Below, in pieces: positions 21,383-32,987 of a DNA stretch of 64,000 nt. Each line of letters opens with the position of its first letter. Positions within the stretch are counted from its first letter, which is position 1. Under the pieces are notes generated by a model. It made no database searches. It was given only the letters and a program-made list of their open reading frames with translations, and was not told where the DNA came from. Both the position numbers and the translations under genes were made by a program. The stretch spans positions 576,001 to 640,000 of the forward strand of contig CBDBHR010000029.1 of the NCBI GenBank assembly GCA_965205865.1, read 5' to 3'. The DNA is from a bacterium (GTDB taxonomy: Bacteria > SAR324 > NAC60-12).

Positions 21383-21604
21383 AATTATCTATCTCATTCC
21401 CATGTTAAAGACAATGCACGGACATATTGGCTTTTCAAGATTCTTTGTCTTTCTTCGGGATTCCACTTGACAAAGGTCAGTAAGCTTTGTAAGTTTGTAT
21501 CAGACAAGAGTATGCTCTTGTGGGGAGTAATTTATGCATTCAGGTGGAAACACCTCTGTAGCTTTTAAATTTAATATAAAATATTTTTTATTTCAGGAGG
21601 AATT

Positions 21605-22582
21605 ATGAAAAAAATACTATCACTGATTTTTACATCGATAATGACCATCACATTCAGTCTGTCTGTTCTTGTTGGACAGAGTACTGCAGCTCAATTTGTC
21701 ACGATCGGTACGGGAGGCGTGACAGGCGTGTATTATCCCACGGGAGGCTCTATTTGCCGTTTGGTCAACAAAGGACGCAAGCAACACGGCATTCGCTGTT
21801 CAGTGGAAAGCACGGGTGGGTCGGTTTACAATTTAAATACAATCCGTGCGGGTGAATTGGATATGGGTGTCGCTCAATCCGACTGGCAATTTCATGCCTA
21901 TCACGGGTCCAGCAAGTTCGCAGACCAAGGAGCCAACAAGGAATTGCGCGCCATCTTTTCAGTGCATCCCGAACCATTCACGGTGGTAGCCCGTGTGGAC
22001 TCGGGAATCAAATCATTTGCTGATTTGAAAGGTAAACGGGTCAATATTGGCAACCCCGGATCTGGTCAACGGGGTACTATGGAAGTAGTCATGGCAGCGT
22101 TTGGTTGGGAAAAATCCGATTTTGCGCTCGCTTCCGAATTAAAATCCGCCGAACAATCCCAAGCACTTTGTGATAACAAAATTGATGCCATCGTATTCAC
22201 AGTAGGCCATCCCTCCGGTTCCATAAAAGAAGCAACGACTTCTTGTGACAGTGTGCTGGTTTCGGTCACCGGAGCTGCAATTGATATGCTGGTTGCTGAC
22301 AACGACTATTATCGCACAGCCACAATTCCTGGTGGCATGTACCGTGGGAATCCCGATGATGTTGTCACTTTTGGTGTCGGTGCAACTTTTGTCAGTTCTA
22401 CCAACACTTCGGCTGAAGTAGTTTATGAAGTCGTGAAAGCGGTATTTGAAAACTTTGATGATTTCAAGAAGCTGCATCCTGCTTTCAGTGTGCTCAAGAA
22501 AGAAGAAATGATCAAAGACGGATTATCCGCTCCCATACATGAAGGGGCGATGAAGTACTACAAAGAAGCCGGACTGATGTAG
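21605..22582 (+). CDS. TAXI-family TRAP solute-binding protein
   Basis: [20 protein letters not shown] and GNPGSGQR motifs. Confidence 0.93.
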   Translation: MKKILSLIFTSIMTITFSLSVLVGQSTAAQFVTIGTGGVTGVYYPTGGSICRLVNKGRKQHGIRCSVESTGGSVYNLNTIRAGELDMGVAQSDWQFHAYHGSSKFADQGANKELRAIFSVHPEPFTVVARVDSGIKSFADLKGKRVNIGNPGSGQRGTMEVVMAAFGWEKSDFALASELKSAEQSQALCDNKIDAIVFTVGHPSGSIKEATTSCDSVLVSVTGAAIDMLVADNDYYRTATIPGGMYRGNPDDVVTFGVGATFVSSTNTSAEVVYEVVKAVFENFDDFKKLHPAFSVLKKEEMIKDGLSAPIHEGAMKYYKEAGLM

Positions 22583-22589
22583 TCCCCAC

Positions 22590-22626
22590 GCAGTAAAAAG
22601 GAAGTGCTTTACTTTCTTTTTACTGC
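22590..22626 (+). terminator. Hairpin (possible terminator/stabiliser) after the TAXI gene
   Basis: gcagtaaaaagga...tctttttactgc inverted repeat. Confidence 0.45.
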
Positions 22627-22720
22627 CGACCCACCTTGTCGACAGTGCTAAATCGGCGCAATTTCTTTCCTTCTGACATCAATCCTCTTCATTCTTGCCT
22701 CAACTACAGGAAAAACAACA

Positions 22721-25315
22721 ATGGCTGAAATCGGAAAAAAAGAGGGAAGCGCTTCTGAAGAAGAACTCGAGGTAATGGTTGCCGAATCAGATAGTGGCGC
22801 CCGAAGTGTTGCGGGGCTCCCGGGAATAGTTTTATTTTTTGTTCCTTTGCTATGGGCATTGTTCCAGCTGTGGTACGCGTCTCCCTTGCCATTTATGTTA
22901 CGAATTGGCGTGCTCAACGACACGGAAGCTCGTTCAATTCATCTCGCATTTGCAATATTCCTCACTTTTACGGCATTTCCCGCGTTTAAAAAATCTGCCA
23001 GAGATGTCATCCCCCTTCATGATTGGGCGATGGCTTTGGCAGGGGCTTTTTGCGCCGGATATATCTATCTTTTCTATGCTCAACTCTCAGATCGTTCCGG
23101 GGCTCCCGTCACCTTGGATCTGGTGATTGCGGGAGTGGGTATGGTTTTGCTATTGGAAGCTACCCGTCGGGCTCTCGGCCCCCCTTTGATGGTCGTGGCT
23201 CTGGTTTTTTTATGTTACACGTTTTTTGGTTCTTATATGCCGGAGGTGATTTCTCACAAAGGGGCTAGTTTCAGCAAGACCATGTCTCATCAGTGGTTGG
23301 GGACCGAAGGCGTATTTGGTGTCGCATTGGGGGTTTCCACGAGCTTCGTTTTTCTCTTCGTATTGTTTGGCGCGTTGCTGGACAAGGCGGGGGCAGGAAA
23401 TTATTTCATCAAAGTGGCATTTTCACTGTTAGGACACTACCGTGGAGGTCCCGCAAAAGCCGCCGTTGTTTCATCAGGACTGAGTGGATTGGTTTCCGGC
23501 TCTTCCATCGCCAACGTTGTGACCACCGGGACCTTTACAATTCCATTGATGAAGCGCGTGGGGTTCCCCGATTACAAGGCAGCGGCTGTCGAGGTGGCGG
23601 CGTCCACCAATGGTCAATTGACACCTCCCATTATGGGTGCCGCCGCATTTTTGATGGTGGAGTATGTTGGCGTCTCTTACATTGAAGTCATAACTCATGC
23701 GATTTTACCTGCCCTGATTTCCTACATTGCACTTGTTTATATTGTCCATTTGGAAGCGTGCAAGGCCAATATGCAAGGTCTACCCCGGCGTCATAAACCA
23801 ACACTGGCGCAAAGTCTACTCTCCTTTGTCGGTACCATTCTGGGATTGATGATCCTCAGCGGCATTGTGTATTTCGGGATTGGTTGGATGAAAGATGTTT
23901 TCGGCGATGGCGCCATTGCAATCGTTGGAATCCTCACTCTCATTATTTACATCTTGTTGATCTGGTATGGAACTGAATATCCTGAGTTGGAAATGGACGA
24001 TCCCAACTCCGACGTCGTCGAGTTGCCGGAGACGGGTCCTACTGTCAAAGCAGGTTTGCATTTCTTGTTGCCGATCGTGGTACTGGTTTGGTGTCTGGTG
24101 GTGGAGCGATTTTCTCCAGGACTGGCCGCCTTCTGGGCTGCTTTATTCATGATTTTCATCGTCATCACCCAGCGTCCTTTGAAATCTTTTTTTCGGAAGC
24201 AAGGTCATCTTTCTTCAGAATTCAAAGCCAGTGCTCGTGAGTTAATGGAAGGATTGGTCGCAGGTTCCCGGAACATGATTGGTATCGGTGTGGCGACTGC
24301 CACTGCCGGGATTGTAGTGGGAACTGTCACTTTGACTGGTATTGGTCTGGTGATGACAGAATTTGTGGAGTTCATCTCAGGCGGCAATGTTATGCTGATG
24401 TTGATTTTTACTGCAGTGATCAGCCTGATATTAGGTATGGGACTGCCCACCACTGCCAATTATATTGTTGTCTCAACCTTGATGGCTCCTGTGATTGTGA
24501 CCTTGGGAGCCGAAAGCGGTTTGATTGTTCCTTTGATTGCCGTACATTTGTTTGTCTTTTACTTTGGAATCCTTGCTGATGATACTCCACCCGTAGGGTT
24601 GGCGGCTTTTGCCGCCGCAGCCATTGCGCGAAGCAATCCAATAAAAACCGGTATCCAGGGATTTACATACGACATCCGCACTGCAATCTTACCCTTCATG
24701 TTCATTTTCAACACGCAGTTGCTTTTGATTGGCATCGAGAATATCTGGTCTCTGCTTTCTGTTATTTTCGGTGCGGTCGTCGCCATGTTGACCTTTTCTG
24801 CAGCCACCCAGGGATATTGGCTGGTGAAAAATAAAATTTGGGAATCCCTTGCCTTGTGCCTGATTGCATTTGTTCTCTTTCGCCCCGGGTTTTTCTGGGA
24901 CATGATCTTTCCCGAATATCAAAACATAGCTGCTTCCCAAATCGAATCTGTTGCAGAACAAACTCCTGAAAACGGGAAACTGCGTTTGGTCGTCGAAGGA
25001 GAAACCATTGATGGGAAACAGGTGAAAAAAACGGTTCAATTGCCCTTGGGGGCCAGTGGAACTGGTCCGGAGAGGCTGATGGAAGCCGGTCTTGAAATTA
25101 TGCTCACGGACAACAAAGTCCTGCTGGACAATGTGGTTTTTGATAGTGCAGCTCAAAAAGCAGGATTGGACTTTGACTGGGAAATTTTGAGTGTCCAAGT
25201 GCTTTCCGACCGTCTGCCCAAGCAACTGATGTTTTTCCCGGCCCTGGTTTTACTGGGACTGTTGGCATTGTTACAAAAACGCCGTGTCGATACTGGTTCA
25301 GCACAAATCGAATGA
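22721..25315 (+). CDS. TRAP transporter 4TM/12TM fused permease
   Basis: GGPAKAAV, PPIMGAAAF, LGMGLPTTANY and TPPVGLAA motifs. Confidence 0.93.
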   Translation: MAEIGKKEGSASEEELEVMVAESDSGARSVAGLPGIVLFFVPLLWALFQLWYASPLPFMLRIGVLNDTEARSIHLAFAIFLTFTAFPAFKKSARDVIPLHDWAMALAGAFCAGYIYLFYAQLSDRSGAPVTLDLVIAGVGMVLLLEATRRALGPPLMVVALVFLCYTFFGSYMPEVISHKGASFSKTMSHQWLGTEGVFGVALGVSTSFVFLFVLFGALLDKAGAGNYFIKVAFSLLGHYRGGPAKAAVVSSGLSGLVSGSSIANVVTTGTFTIPLMKRVGFPDYKAAAVEVAASTNGQLTPPIMGAAAFLMVEYVGVSYIEVITHAILPALISYIALVYIVHLEACKANMQGLPRRHKPTLAQSLLSFVGTILGLMILSGIVYFGIGWMKDVFGDGAIAIVGILTLIIYILLIWYGTEYPELEMDDPNSDVVELPETGPTVKAGLHFLLPIVVLVWCLVVERFSPGLAAFWAALFMIFIVITQRPLKSFFRKQGHLSSEFKASARELMEGLVAGSRNMIGIGVATATAGIVVGTVTLTGIGLVMTEFVEFISGGNVMLMLIFTAVISLILGMGLPTTANYIVVSTLMAPVIVTLGAESGLIVPLIAVHLFVFYFGILADDTPPVGLAAFAAAAIARSNPIKTGIQGFTYDIRTAILPFMFIFNTQLLLIGIENIWSLLSVIFGAVVAMLTFSAATQGYWLVKNKIWESLALCLIAFVLFRPGFFWDMIFPEYQNIAASQIESVAEQTPENGKLRLVVEGETIDGKQVKKTVQLPLGASGTGPERLMEAGLEIMLTDNKVLLDNVVFDSAAQKAGLDFDWEILSVQVLSDRLPKQLMFFPALVLLGLLALLQKRRVDTGSAQIE

Positions 25316-25353
25316 CCTGCATGAAATGGAGGTAGAGTGATTCAGAGAATCAG

Positions 25354-25700
25354 ATGAAACTTTCAATCAACCCTCAACTGCTCCAAGTTAGAGAATCGGC
25401 AACTTTAGCGATCAATCAAAAAGTGAAAGTATTGAGAAGCCAAAACAGGGAATCATCACCGGCTCTCAGTTGAGCAATAGGATATTGCAAGAGGCAAAAG
25501 TCGCCGTACTTCCTGCTTCTGATTTTTACCTGCCTGAGACTCATTTAGGCGTACGGGTCACTTCAGTGGACTATGATGGAACGCAAGTGTTGGAGGAATT
25601 TCCTGCCCGAGAGCAGATGGATTTAAAAAAAACAGCCTACCTTTTTCCTAATTTAGTGAAAGGGTGTGAGCGCTTGGAGGAATTTCTACAAAAACTATAA
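25354..25700 (+). pseudogene. Class I/II aminotransferase remnant (central part deleted)
   Basis: The N-terminus ESATLAINQKVK is joined to the C-terminus ILQEAKVAVLPASDF. The PLP core is missing. Confidence 0.65.
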
Positions 25701-25734
25701 CATTCCGGAGGAGTCAAAAACTCACATCGGGACT

Positions 25735-27879
25735 ATGACTGCCGAAAAACTAAGACCCTCTTTGTCAGAGTGGCAAAAACTTGCGGCGAAGGAATTGAAA
25801 AACCAATCCTTTACCGACATTCACTGGAAAACAACAGAAGAGCTTGATATCAAGCCTTTGTATACAGTTGAAGATCTGGAAGAGTTGGAATATACCAATA
25901 CCCTCCCAGGAATCTTTCCTTTCATTCGAGGTCCCCAGGCCACCATGTACGCCGGACGTCCGTGGACGATTCGGCAGTACGCGGGCTTTTCCACAGCAGA
26001 GGAATCCAATTCGTTCTACCGCCGTTGTTTGGCTGCAGGTCAAAAAGGGTTGAGCGTAGCTTTTGATTTGAAAACCCACCGGGGCTATGATTCGGATCAC
26101 CCCAGAGTGCAGGGGGACGTGGGCAAAGCGGGAGTCGCTGTTGATAGCGTGGAGGATATGAAAATTCTGTTTGACCGGATCCCTCTGGATCAGATGTCCG
26201 TTTCCATGACCATGAATGGTGCAGTCCTCCCTGTTTTGGCCTGCTATATTGTTGCTGCCGAAGAACAAGGAGTATCCCAAGAACAACTCACCGGTACCAT
26301 CCAAAATGACATTTTAAAAGAATTCTTGGTTCGCAACACCTATATTTATCCTCCTCAGCCTTCCATGAGAATTATTGCGGATATTATTGCCTACACTTGC
26401 GAACACATGCCCAAGTACAACTCTATCAGCATCAGCGGATATCATATCCAGGAGGCGGGAGGCAATGCGGTGCAGGAACTGGCGTTTACTCTGGGAGACG
26501 GACTCGAATACGTGCGGCTTGCCTTGGAACAAGGGATGGCCATTGACCAATTCGCGCCACGACTTTCCTTTTTCTTCGGAATTGGCATGAATTTCTTCAT
26601 GGAGATCGCCAAATTGAGGGCAGCTCGCTTTCTATGGGCCAAACAGATTCTGGCTTTCAATCCGAAAGATCCGAAATCGATGAAATTACGAGCGCATTGT
26701 CAAACGTCCGGATGGAGTTTAACGGAACACGATCCTTTCAATAACATCGTCCGTACCACGATTGAAGCCATGGCAGCAACTCTGGGAGGCACTCAATCAT
26801 TGCACACCAATGCCTTTGACGAGGCTTTGGCTCTACCTTCTGAAACGTCTGCCCGCGTTGCCAGAAATACCCAGTTGATCCTGCAAGAGGAAGCTGGAAT
26901 TCCGCGGGTCATTGACCCTTTTGGAGGATCTTATTTTATCGAATCCCTGACCCATTCCTTAATCAAGGCATCAGAAAAGCTGATGGCGGAAATTGAGCTA
27001 TTTGGGGGAATGACCCGCGCTATCGAAGCGGGTCTGCCCAAATCGCGCATTGAAGAATCGGCGGCAAAACGACAAGCTTCAATCGACCAAGGACAAGAAA
27101 CGATCGTCGGTGTCAATAAATACCAACTGGAGGAACAGGATCCCGTCGACACGCTTGAAATCGACAACACAGCTGTTCGGGAATCTCAAATTTCCCGTTT
27201 AAAAACAATCAAAGCGACGCGAGACCCATCCCGGGTTGCGTCTTGTTTGCAGGCTATAAGCCAGGCAGCTGAATCAAACAAAGGCAACTTGCTGGCCTTA
27301 ACGATCGAGGCGGTACGATGCCGCGCCACGGTTGGTGAAATTTCACATGCGTTAGAAAAAATTTTTGGACGTTACAAGGCCTCGCTTCAAACCATTTCAG
27401 GTGTCTACGGTAACTCTTATAGTGGGCAAGAAATAGAAAAAATCCGAACCAGGGTTGAAGAGTTTTCCAAGATTGCAGGACGGCAGCCTCGCATTCTGGT
27501 GGCAAAAGTAGGACAGGATGGTCATGACCGAGGGGCAAAAGTAATCGCCACTGCGTTTTCCGATTTTGGTTTCGACGTGGATGTCGGCCCTTTGTTTCAA
27601 ACTCCTCGAGAAGTTGCGCGACAGGCCATTGAAAACGACGTCCATGTGGTGGGTATTTCCAGCCAGGCAGGTGGACATAAAACACTGGTCACTCAGTTGG
27701 TCCACGCTCTCAAAGCAGAGGAGGCCGATCAAGACATCGTGATTGTCGTCGGTGGTGTCATCCCCCCCAAAGATTATGATTTTCTGCATCAACTGGGTGT
27801 CTCCTGTGTTTTTGGTCCCGGCACTCCCATTCCTCATGCGGCGATTCAGCTCCTCGAAGCGATTCAGCAACGTCAGTAA
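25735..27879 (+). CDS. scpA: Methylmalonyl-CoA mutase
   Basis: [20 protein letters not shown] and the B12-binding motif GQDGHDRG. Confidence 0.96.
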   Translation: MTAEKLRPSLSEWQKLAAKELKNQSFTDIHWKTTEELDIKPLYTVEDLEELEYTNTLPGIFPFIRGPQATMYAGRPWTIRQYAGFSTAEESNSFYRRCLAAGQKGLSVAFDLKTHRGYDSDHPRVQGDVGKAGVAVDSVEDMKILFDRIPLDQMSVSMTMNGAVLPVLACYIVAAEEQGVSQEQLTGTIQNDILKEFLVRNTYIYPPQPSMRIIADIIAYTCEHMPKYNSISISGYHIQEAGGNAVQELAFTLGDGLEYVRLALEQGMAIDQFAPRLSFFFGIGMNFFMEIAKLRAARFLWAKQILAFNPKDPKSMKLRAHCQTSGWSLTEHDPFNNIVRTTIEAMAATLGGTQSLHTNAFDEALALPSETSARVARNTQLILQEEAGIPRVIDPFGGSYFIESLTHSLIKASEKLMAEIELFGGMTRAIEAGLPKSRIEESAAKRQASIDQGQETIVGVNKYQLEEQDPVDTLEIDNTAVRESQISRLKTIKATRDPSRVASCLQAISQAAESNKGNLLALTIEAVRCRATVGEISHALEKIFGRYKASLQTISGVYGNSYSGQEIEKIRTRVEEFSKIAGRQPRILVAKVGQDGHDRGAKVIATAFSDFGFDVDVGPLFQTPREVARQAIENDVHVVGISSQAGGHKTLVTQLVHALKAEEADQDIVIVVGGVIPPKDYDFLHQLGVSCVFGPGTPIPHAAIQLLEAIQQRQ

Positions 27880-28868
27880 TGAAATATTCTACAAACCGGT
27901 ACGTCGAAGAAATTCAGAAAGGCAAACGCCGATTCATTGCAAAAGCCATCACACTCCTGGAAAGCACCCTACCCCAACAGTTTGAGCAGGGTTGGCAAAT
28001 TTTAGAAAAACTGATGCCAAATACAGGCAATTCTATCCGGATTGGCATCACCGGCGTACCTGGAGTAGGCAAAAGTACTTTTATCGAAACACTGGGCTTG
28101 CGCCTGACAGAACAGGGACACCGCCTTGCCGTACTACCGATTGATCCAAGCAGTTCAATCAGTGGTGGTAGCATTATGGCAGACAAAACCCGCATGTCCC
28201 ATCTTTCTTCTCATCCCCAAGTCTATATCCGCCCCTCTCCTTCTCAAGGAATCCTGGGAGGAGTGGCACCTAAAACCAAAGAAAGTATCTTGATTTGCGA
28301 AGCTGCAGGTTATGACATCATTTTTGTAGAAACGGTCGGAGTGGGACAATCTGAAACTGCCGTAGCATCCATGGTGGATTTTTTTCTGGTACTGATGCTT
28401 TCCAATACGGGTGATGAATTGCAAGGAATCAAAAAAGGAATTTTGGAGATGGCAGATTTGATTGTTATCAATAAAGCGGATGGAGAAAACATCCATTCGG
28501 CACTACGTGCCGCAGCAGAATATCGGAAGGCACTGCAATTCTTGTCACCATCCCGGAGTTCCTGGACTCCGCAGGTGCTGACCTGCAGTGCTTTACAAGC
28601 AACAGGTTTGGATGAACTTTGGGCTGAAATTCTAAAGTTCCGGGAAAAAACAATCGCGTCCGGAGCATGGCAACAGAGGCGACAAACCCAGCTAAGCAGT
28701 TGGATGTGGCAATTCATTGAAGAAGAACTGCACTTCCGATTTCGTACGCATCCTCAAATTGCGGCAATGCTTCCTGCTATCGAACAATCCGTACATGAGG
28801 GCAAACAGCCCTCGATCAATGCGGCTCGAAAGCTGCTGGATACTTGGTGGAGTACTTTGCGCCGGTGA
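27879..28868 (+). CDS. meaB: MCM-associated GTPase MeaB
   Basis: GITGVPGVGKST, DPSS, ETVGVGQSE and INKAD motifs. Follows the mutase. Confidence 0.94.
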   Translation: MKYSTNRYVEEIQKGKRRFIAKAITLLESTLPQQFEQGWQILEKLMPNTGNSIRIGITGVPGVGKSTFIETLGLRLTEQGHRLAVLPIDPSSSISGGSIMADKTRMSHLSSHPQVYIRPSPSQGILGGVAPKTKESILICEAAGYDIIFVETVGVGQSETAVASMVDFFLVLMLSNTGDELQGIKKGILEMADLIVINKADGENIHSALRAAAEYRKALQFLSPSRSSWTPQVLTCSALQATGLDELWAEILKFREKTIASGAWQQRRQTQLSSWMWQFIEEELHFRFRTHPQIAAMLPAIEQSVHEGKQPSINAARKLLDTWWSTLRR

Positions 28869-28999
28869 ACTTCTAAGACAAGACAAAGTCGCCAAATTGA
28901 AATGAGAATAAGGCAATAGGTGTAAAAACATTAAAACTCTGCTATCTTGGATTTCATTCTATTCAAGATCTGTTTGTACCTTGTGCTCAAACGACCAAC

Positions 29000-30514
29000 A
29001 TGACCCTTGAAACGCTCCGTGAAGAGTGCGGGATTGCCGTCATATACCAGTTGGACCAATCCAAAGCAGCGCCACTCAATGTCACTCAATACATCCCGGG
29101 GTTTTTACTGGATTTACAAAACCGTGGTCAATTGAGTGCCGGACTCACCAGTTTCAATCCCAACCGCGACCGTCTATTACAAACTCATAAAGATATAGGC
29201 GCTGTGGAGCAGGTTTTTCGCATGTACAGTCCTCAGAAATTGCATTCCCTGATTGAAGATTATAGCGGCACCATTGCCATTGGACATGTACGATATGCAA
29301 CCAGTGGTCAGGAAAACTGGAATTTTGCCCAACCCTTTGAGCGGGTTCACGGACGCAAATGGAAATGGTTTTCACTGGCTTTCAATGGCAATCTGGCCAA
29401 TTTTGAGAGCTTGAAAACCGAACTTATCAAGAAAGGGTACCACATCACTTATAATACCGATACGGAAGTGATGATGCATTACCTCAACAAAGAACTCATA
29501 GGAGAAGACAGACGCGATTTCAAGGATATCTTTTCGTCCCTCGCCCGAGTGTTTGATGGCGCTTTCAATATCGTTTTTCTGAATGCCTGTGGGGATTTGG
29601 TTGCCATGAGAGATCCACTGGGAATCAAGCCGCTTTGTTATGGCGTCAAGGACAACCTCCTGGTGGTCGCATCTGAAAGTGTTGTACTGACTCGCATGGG
29701 GATTGAGGACTTTCAAAACCTCGAGCCAGGTACTCTCTTGATTGCTACTTTGGACGGTAGTTATCGTATTGAACGATATTGGGATGTACAACAAACGGCG
29801 CATTGCCAGTTTGAATGGGTGTATTTTGCAAATCTGGCCTCCAACCTCGATGGACATTCCATTTTCAATGCACGGAGTAATATGGGGCGTCTGCTTGCAG
29901 AAACGGAGGATGAGGATCACAGCGATGCATTAGTGGTTCCCGTGCCTGAAACCGCAAAAGTCGCAGGAGACGCATTCGGGTACAAACTGGGTATTCCGGT
30001 GATTGAAGGGATCTTGCGAAATCGCTATGTGGGACGGACCTTTATTGAAGGGGAAAATCGACAGGCTTTGATTTTACGTAAATTCACGCCGCTTCGTGAA
30101 CTTCTGGAAAACAGGAAAATCTTTTTGGTTGACGATTCCCTGGTACGTGCCGTCACTTTAAAAAACATCATAGAAGACCTGAATCTACGGGGAAAAGCAG
30201 CAGAGGTACATGTTCGCATTGCTTGTCCTGCGATCATTGCTCCCTGTTTTTATGGCATCAATATTCCCACGGTGGGGGAACTATTCGCCACTCGTTATTG
30301 GCAACCCGGACAGCCTTTGAAACTTTCCAGCGAAACATTGGAAGCCATGGCACGGGATTTGGGGGCAGCGAGTTTGAAATTCTTAACGATTGAGCAGCTT
30401 ACCCAAGCGATTGGTTTTCCTAAAGATCGACTTTGCACTGCGTGTATCAGTACCATCTATCCCACTCCTGCTGGAATAGAACGATATTCCAAACAAATCA
30501 TGCAAATGAATTGA
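29000..30514 (+). CDS. purF: Amidophosphoribosyltransferase
   Basis: EECG, IGHVRYAT, RNRYVGRTFI and VDDSLVR motifs. Confidence 0.93.
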   Translation: MTLETLREECGIAVIYQLDQSKAAPLNVTQYIPGFLLDLQNRGQLSAGLTSFNPNRDRLLQTHKDIGAVEQVFRMYSPQKLHSLIEDYSGTIAIGHVRYATSGQENWNFAQPFERVHGRKWKWFSLAFNGNLANFESLKTELIKKGYHITYNTDTEVMMHYLNKELIGEDRRDFKDIFSSLARVFDGAFNIVFLNACGDLVAMRDPLGIKPLCYGVKDNLLVVASESVVLTRMGIEDFQNLEPGTLLIATLDGSYRIERYWDVQQTAHCQFEWVYFANLASNLDGHSIFNARSNMGRLLAETEDEDHSDALVVPVPETAKVAGDAFGYKLGIPVIEGILRNRYVGRTFIEGENRQALILRKFTPLRELLENRKIFLVDDSLVRAVTLKNIIEDLNLRGKAAEVHVRIACPAIIAPCFYGINIPTVGELFATRYWQPGQPLKLSSETLEAMARDLGAASLKFLTIEQLTQAIGFPKDRLCTACISTIYPTPAGIERYSKQIMQMN

Positions 30515-30526
30515 AACAAAAGAATC

Positions 30527-30784
30527 ATGATTGATCAAGAATTGCTCGACATACTAGTTTGTCCTGAAACCAAAGAGCCGGTTTCAATAGGCAGCGAAGA
30601 ATTGATCGAGAAAATCAATAAAAAAATCAATGAAAACACTCTATTGAACCGGGGAAACCGAGTGGTAACTCAAACGATTGATGGTGGACTTATCCGCAAT
30701 GATCAAAAATTTCTTTATCCCATCCGAGAAAATATTCCAATCATGCTGATTGAGGAAGCCATTCCACTGGAAGGGCTGACCTGA
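30527..30784 (+). CDS. Trm112/UPF0434-family protein
   Basis: ELLDILVCPETK...YPIRENIPIMLIEEA. Confidence 0.85.
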   Translation: MIDQELLDILVCPETKEPVSIGSEELIEKINKKINENTLLNRGNRVVTQTIDGGLIRNDQKFLYPIRENIPIMLIEEAIPLEGLT

Positions 30785-30884
30785 TAGCATGTATGCATTC
30801 GAGAAGTCGGAGAGTTTAGACACCTGAGATTTCCTGTTTGAATTTCAAATTTGAACGTTTCTGTCACCATATTTTGAGTTGACG

Positions 30885-31125
30885 CTTTGCACTGCGAGTC
30901 CCCTGGCAGCAAAGAGCCAACAGGTCGGGCTTCCGGAAGGCGGATGGCCGGGCTTCGATCTTGGTTTCGGACCGGTTTTTTGGGCACTCCTTCCGGCATT
31001 CGTGTTTGTGACACTGGTGGGAGCCATCGAAACCATTGGCGATGCCATCGCCATCCAGCGCGTATCCTGGCGCCAGCCTCGGGCGGTGGATTTCCGAGCG
31101 GTGCAGGGGGGGGCAGCGGACGGAA
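30885..31125 (+). pseudogene. Internal fragment of a xanthine/uracil (NCS2) permease
   Basis: GWPGFDL..FWALLPAFVFVTLVGAIETIGD. GC-richer than the flanks. Confidence 0.6.
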
Positions 31126-31223
31126 TGAGGAAGCCCCACGATAGGTTTCGACGATTCTCACTCTGGTGTTGGAGAACTTGATCAGGATCTCTTTCCAATT
31201 GCTCGCTGCTCGATTGAAATTTC

Positions 31224-31796
31224 ATGCTTGATACTTACCGGACACTCAATCTCCTTAAAGAACATAAAATCGAAATTGTGCTGTTATTGCTTCTGGGAGG
31301 ATTGCTCTTTTACATCTATTCGAGATTCCCAGAAGATCCTATCGTCCCATCTCTTGGGGAATCCAGATATCTTTTGAAGCTTGATGAGGTCGAAATTGAA
31401 GATTATTGGCAGAATCTGAAACGTTGGAAATTACTGGGCAAACAAGCTTCTGTTGCCAAAGACAATCAGATTGTTTTCTTAACGGATATCCAAATTTTTG
31501 TATACAATCTCAAAAACCCGGAAAGCACAATTATCGATATTATAGTCACTGCAAACGAAGGAAGCATTGACTGGGAAAAAGAAGTGGTAACACTCACTTC
31601 TGACGTCGAAATAACCCGTCAATCAAATATGCGGATCAATACGGAAGAGGCAATTTATCAATATAACGAAGGCTTGCTACACCTTCCACGAAAAGTGGAT
31701 GTTCGTTATTTAGAAGAAACGGTGAGAGGAGAACAGCTCACATATAATATTCATCAAAATAGAATCGAACTGCACAACTCGATCTTGCTGGAATGA
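31224..31796 (+). CDS. lptC: LPS export protein LptC-like
   Basis: Single N-terminal TM helix followed by a beta-jellyroll-like pattern (WKLLGKQA, TANEG, INTEEA). Confidence 0.65.
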   Translation: MLDTYRTLNLLKEHKIEIVLLLLLGGLLFYIYSRFPEDPIVPSLGESRYLLKLDEVEIEDYWQNLKRWKLLGKQASVAKDNQIVFLTDIQIFVYNLKNPESTIIDIIVTANEGSIDWEKEVVTLTSDVEITRQSNMRINTEEAIYQYNEGLLHLPRKVDVRYLEETVRGEQLTYNIHQNRIELHNSILLE

Positions 31797-31870
31797 GAAT
31801 TGCGGGGTTGAACTATTATCAAGAACGACCCGCTTACTTTCGTCAATTTATAGAGGCGGCGCATTGACGA

Positions 31871-32128
31871 CTAGCTTTGTTTTGAAACGTCTTGATAACG
31901 TTGCTTAACCGACTGGGGTAATTGGAGAGATTCGTCTGTTTCAAAGGAATGAATGAGTTGGTGGACCATATGATGAAGCACTCGAATTTGTTTGGTAAAT
32001 TCTTGACAGGTATCACAAGCATAAAGATGCATTTGCAGAAGGATCCGCTGATACCAGGGTAATTTCTTATCCAATGACTCTGATACCAATTGTGCTACCT
32101 TTTCACAATTCGCTCCAAACATCATCAT
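31871..32128 (-). CDS. zf-HC2 anti-sigma-factor-like protein
   Basis: NCEKVAQLVSESLD...MHLYACDTC. Confidence 0.8.
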   Translation of the reverse strand: MMMFGANCEKVAQLVSESLDKKLPWYQRILLQMHLYACDTCQEFTKQIRVLHHMVHQLIHSFETDESLQLPQSVKQRYQDVSKQS

Positions 32129-32272
32129 TCTTATGCTCCTGAGGTGAGGGAGTGAAAAAAATTTTCACTCCCTCGCTGACATATTCGTAGGGGATAGTCG
32201 TACCTGCCTTTAAAATCTTACTGCTTCTCCAATGCATGATAATTTGAAAAATTCACTGACAAAAAAGTGATT

Positions 32273-32490
32273 AACCTGAGTTCGAGATAAGAATTTAATA
32301 AATTCAATATGTTATGGAATCTTCATATCTTAGAGAAAACTTGTCATTCCTGCGAAGCTTGTCCCTGCGAAAGCAGGGAGCAGGAATCCGGAGGTATGCA
32401 GCCAGACTGAAATCCGGATCCCCGCTTTCGCGAGGATGACATATACACTAAGATAATCATATTATTGAAGATTTATGTCGAACTCAGGTT
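32273..32490. mobile_element. MITE, intron-free copy (TIR AACCTGAGTTCGA, GATT duplication) with internal REP-like hairpins
   Basis: Near-identical to the flanks of the intron at 11602-11672 and 12493-12624. Confidence 0.9.
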
Positions 32491-32492
32491 GA

Positions 32493-32987
32493 TTATAGAT
32501 TCTGGATAATCAGTGAGGATATATATTGAGGAGAAAAATCCTTTGTTTCAACAATCTGATCAGCCTGTTCATATAAAGGTGCGCGTTGTAGAAGCAACAT
32601 ATGAATTCGCTCCTCAGGGTTCTCGGTTTGCAGCAAAGGTCGGTGAAGTGTACTTTTGAGCCGTAGTTTGATGTCTTCAATAGACGTTTTTATATAAATG
32701 ATCGTTCCTATTCTTTTCATCACATCAAAATTACCTTCCGACACCACAACACCGCCTCCTGTTGCAATAACCGTATTTTGCGCCAACAAGAGTCTATTGA
32801 GCAGTTTAGTCTCCAAATGCCGAAAATATTCTTCCCCTTGATGAGAAAAAATTTCAGAAATACTGCAATTTTGATCACTTTCAATTTGCTCATCCATATC
32901 GAGGAAATGGTATCCAAGACGGTTGGCCAATTTACGACCAATTGTCGTCTTTCCTCCTCCCATCATGCCGATCAGTATCAGATTCAT
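32493..32987 (-). CDS. aroK: Shikimate kinase
   Basis: GMMGGGKTTIG, GEEYFR, ATGGG and RPLL motifs. Confidence 0.95.
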   Translation of the reverse strand: MNLILIGMMGGGKTTIGRKLANRLGYHFLDMDEQIESDQNCSISEIFSHQGEEYFRHLETKLLNRLLLAQNTVIATGGGVVVSEGNFDVMKRIGTIIYIKTSIEDIKLRLKSTLHRPLLQTENPEERIHMLLLQRAPLYEQADQIVETKDFSPQYISSLIIQNL

